Shown here piece by piece: positions 60,865-64,000 of a stretch of DNA of 64,000 nucleotides (the stretch's first letter is position 1; each line of letters starts with the position of its first letter). Source of the DNA: Lobosporangium transversale (Eukaryota); the NCBI RefSeq assembly GCF_002105155.1, contig NW_019029017.1, forward strand, positions 1 to 64,000. The letters are read 5' to 3'. The notes beneath the pieces were generated by a model, which made no database searches, was not told where the DNA came from, and was given only the letters and a program-made list of their open reading frames with translations. The translations under genes and the position numbers were made by a program.

Positions 60865-62230
60865 ATTTCTTATTCTTCTTGATCAACAACAACAACGAAA
60901 AAAAAAAAAAAAAAAAAAAAAAAAGACATCTTGAAGGAATTTTTTTAGAGCGAGAAAGAAAAACAAAAGGTGCTGTCGACTCGGGTTATGTGTTGAAGGA
61001 AAGAGAAATTATATCAGCGCGATTATTTTCGTTCCTTCAGAGTTTTTATCATATTCACCACATTCGTCCGAAGCTCTTCATCTCAAACTTTTTTGTCCTC
61101 TTTTAAAAGAATCTTTCTGGAACTTGTACATTTTGTAAAAAGTAAAATAAAGCTCTTGCATACTTTATGCTAATTTTTTTAGAACTGCGCAGTGGGGTAC
61201 CTTGCTGTGTGCAGAAGAGAAATGGTACCATGCTAACCGCATCTTTTTATCACGGGATTCTATGGAACCCTTTGGGATAAGATCATCAAAGAAGTGTGAT
61301 TCGTTTTAATCGTGTCACGCGTCGTATTTGCTTACCCTCAGTGTCTATGCTTTTATGTGGGTAATTTCATGTTTTCTAGTCAAAGCGATAGTCAGATAGA
61401 AAGCTGGTCAACCAAATAGGGTAGGGGGAAGAAAGAGACATCGTCATTTGAAGCATGATAGGCGCCAAAGGTTGAAATTAAGGCCTTGGGGCTATAGAAA
61501 CCAAAAAAGTGTGACCATGGGCTAGAAGATTGCTTGAAAATCAGTAACCAGAGAAGATTTTTACTTACTACAACAGACCTTGACCAATGATTGGACATGA
61601 GATCGATACCAAATAAGTTGCCATTAAGAGACTGAGAAAGTTCTCATCTTTCTACTATGTGATACTCGTAGAATTGTGTGATTGCAAATGACAAACCTAC
61701 TATTGCTCATCGATTCTGCGATCAGATCACCGCAATGGGTTGATCTAGTAAGCCAACAAGTAGCTCTTGGATAGAATAATTACCTCCCATAGAGGACCGG
61801 TACCAACCTTGCGTGCTGCTACAAAAAGAAAATAAACCTCTCTTCTGGATCAGGATAGAAAACTTTAGCAACTAAGGTTGAGTCATCGAGTGTGTATAAA
61901 CATTAGTCTGTACTTTGAATTTCCGAGATTTTTCTTATGCACATGTTTATGATGGTTTACTTAAGCTCCTGCTAAGAGCAGATAATTCTCCTGCACAATA
62001 TACTGTATCAAGCTACATGGATATGACATATTTATTTAACAGAGAAAAGCATGGATATAAGAAGTGTGGATGGTGAATGACAGAATATGTATAAAAAAAA
62101 AATTGCCAGGCATTTCGTCTAAAAAGAGTTCTCCCTGTTACTGCTGTAAAGGATTGAATTACTTTTGCCTTTCTAAATAACTTTCTTTCTTTCTTTTTTT
62201 TTTTTTTTTTTTTTCCTCTCAACTCATTTT

Positions 62231-63380
62231 TTAGGCTTGCTTGACGGCAACAACATTGCCGACTTGAGTGATGCCCAACTCCTCAAACTTGCGATGGAAC
62301 AAGGGGATCAACTGTTGAGCAATCGTGAACGAGAAGACCAACTTGGGTCCGACAACCAAGATCTTTGGTAACAATCCTTTAAAGAAAGCACCAAAGCCTT
62401 CGTTACGAACCATTTTCTTAATAATGCTTACACCACCCTCTGGGTTATCGAAGTTGCGATTCTGGATTCGAGTCTTGACTACATCTAGGGGTGCTGCCAC
62501 AGTGATAGAAGCAACCGACCCTCCAATCGAGGCGCAGAAGTTCTGGAAGAATGTAGCCTTGCTATAATCTTCCAATCCAAAAATCCATTCTTTAACGAAT
62601 GCGCTTCCTCCAAAGAGCGCAAACGAGCCAGGGGCATTACGACCAGCAGTCCAGAGGGCACCTCTGCAAAAAGATAAATATCAAACAATGTATTATTAGC
62701 ATACGCTGTATATGTTAATCTGGAAAACTCGACCAGTAAAGAAAAAAAAAAAAAAAAAAAAAGCCTACCTGTACAAGCCCATTCCCTCATCCGCAACAAT
62801 CTTCATGACGCCACGTCCACGGAAGGCCTCAGGGTTGGTCTGCCTCTTGATCTTGAGGACATCAAGTGGCAAAAGGGCAATCTCACCAATGCCGACCAAA
62901 GAACCAGCAGTAGCATGCATCATGGTCTTGCCAGTCTTCTCTCCAAAAACGCCATTGAACGAGCCCTTGAAGTTACGATTCAGGTACTCGTTCACAAAGG
63001 GCTGGCCACCGAACTTGTACACACGCTGCATGATCTTGTATCCAGCAGCGAAACCAAGACCAGGGAACAAAGATGCATACTTCTTCAAAAATGCAGCATT
63101 GGCGGCATCCTTAAAAATGACCTTGTTGGTGTTGGCCAAACCGACGTTAAAAGGTTGACCAGACACGAACAGCTATCATTTTCAACCAAAACAGAGATGT
63201 AAGTCGATTTAAAATCCTATTCAACACGCACAAAATAACCTGATCAAATCTTCCAGGGTTCCTGAAAGTTGCTTTTGCTCCTTTAAACAATTTAATGAAG
63301 TTCTCTCCTTCTTTCCACTCTGTCCTGTTCATTATCCAGATTCCTCCTGTATATTGTTCAATTGTACTCCAAAGACAAAA

Positions 63381-63414
<34 letters not shown>

Positions 63415-63644
63415 GAAAATATCATGAACGATATGATAGAAAGAAAAAGGAAGGAAGGAAGGAAGGAAGGAAGGAAAGAGGCGAAATAAAGTTTACTTAC
63501 ACGAGTCTGGTTGCTCATGAGGCGCTTGGCTACAGTGTCTATGGGGTGGAAGATCATTAGTTCGAGGAATCCCGAGGTTCCGGACCCGCAGAGACGGGCG
63601 ACACCCGACTCCGAGTGCTTGCTTTTGGAGGAAGGAGGCGACAT
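62231..63644 (-). CDS. GGC1: Mitochondrial GTP/GDP carrier Ggc1 (Yhm1)
   Basis: Three exons. ESGVARLCGSGTSGFLELMIFHPIDTVAKRLMSN, SLFPGLGFAAGYKIMQRVYKFGGQPF, LLPLDVLKIKRQTNPEAFRGRG, RNAPGSFALFGG, FFKGLLPKILVVGPKLVFSF. Confidence 0.93.
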
Positions 63645-64000
63645 TATTTGTTATGTGTTTCTCAAATGAGCAAGAAAATGGAGAGAGCGGGGTGTTGCGG
63701 AAATGACCTTTCGGGAATGCAGAACAGGAACAAAGAAAAAAAAAAAAAAAAAAAAAAAGAGAGAGAGAAATAGAAAACTTGAACATTTTTTAAACCCTTG
63801 TCGTTATTATCTTCAATCTCTAAATCTTTAATACTCAAAGGCTTTCCGGTCTATATCCGTGCAAGATCAATACCGATAATTGACATTCCTTGATCCTAAG
63901 ACAATAACTTTATTTCACGCTATGCATTGATGAGCCAGGTACATATAAAATAACGGTTCTTTTTTTTTCTTGATGGAATGACTGCTTGGATTTGATAGAT

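Noticed and set aside
61380..61900. Possible gene between SOD1 and GGC1
   Set aside because: Only a 68-aa ORF with no motif and no convincing splice structure.
56224..63644. P450-SOD1-GGC1 as a metabolic or biosynthetic gene cluster
   Set aside because: No backbone enzyme (NRPS, PKS or terpene synthase), and the neighbours are unrelated housekeeping genes.

Overview
Intron-rich eukaryotic DNA, clearly fungal and probably from an early-diverging lineage such as Mortierellaceae (inference from gene content, short GT-AG introns and many long poly(A)/poly(T) tracts). About 19 spliced or single-exon genes can be reconstructed by hand. Recognisable genes: Prp17/Cdc40, a peroxisomal enoyl-CoA isomerase ending in SKL, Ptc7, Apc4, a family-X DNA polymerase (lambda-like), Rrp8, an anoctamin/TMEM16, a DUF455 ferritin-like protein, a cytochrome P450, Sod1 and the mitochondrial GTP/GDP carrier Ggc1. 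Several low-complexity hypothetical genes lie between them. The most notable observations are: (1) a large multi-exon gene whose spliced product joins two Cys4 motifs, a divergent GATA-type finger and a Myb/SANT-like domain, none visible intact in the ORF track; (2) a cytosolic-looking C2 + His/Cys-rich + bacterial-type CBM5/12 chitin-binding fusion protein; (3) a 116-bp hairpin MITE with a perfect 8-bp target-site duplication next to a 32-bp minisatellite inside one intron; (4) a Pol lambda-like enzyme with a CCHC zinc knuckle and a very long disordered N-terminus. I recognised no rRNA, tRNA or CRISPR array. All domain calls come from motif recognition by eye, not database searches.
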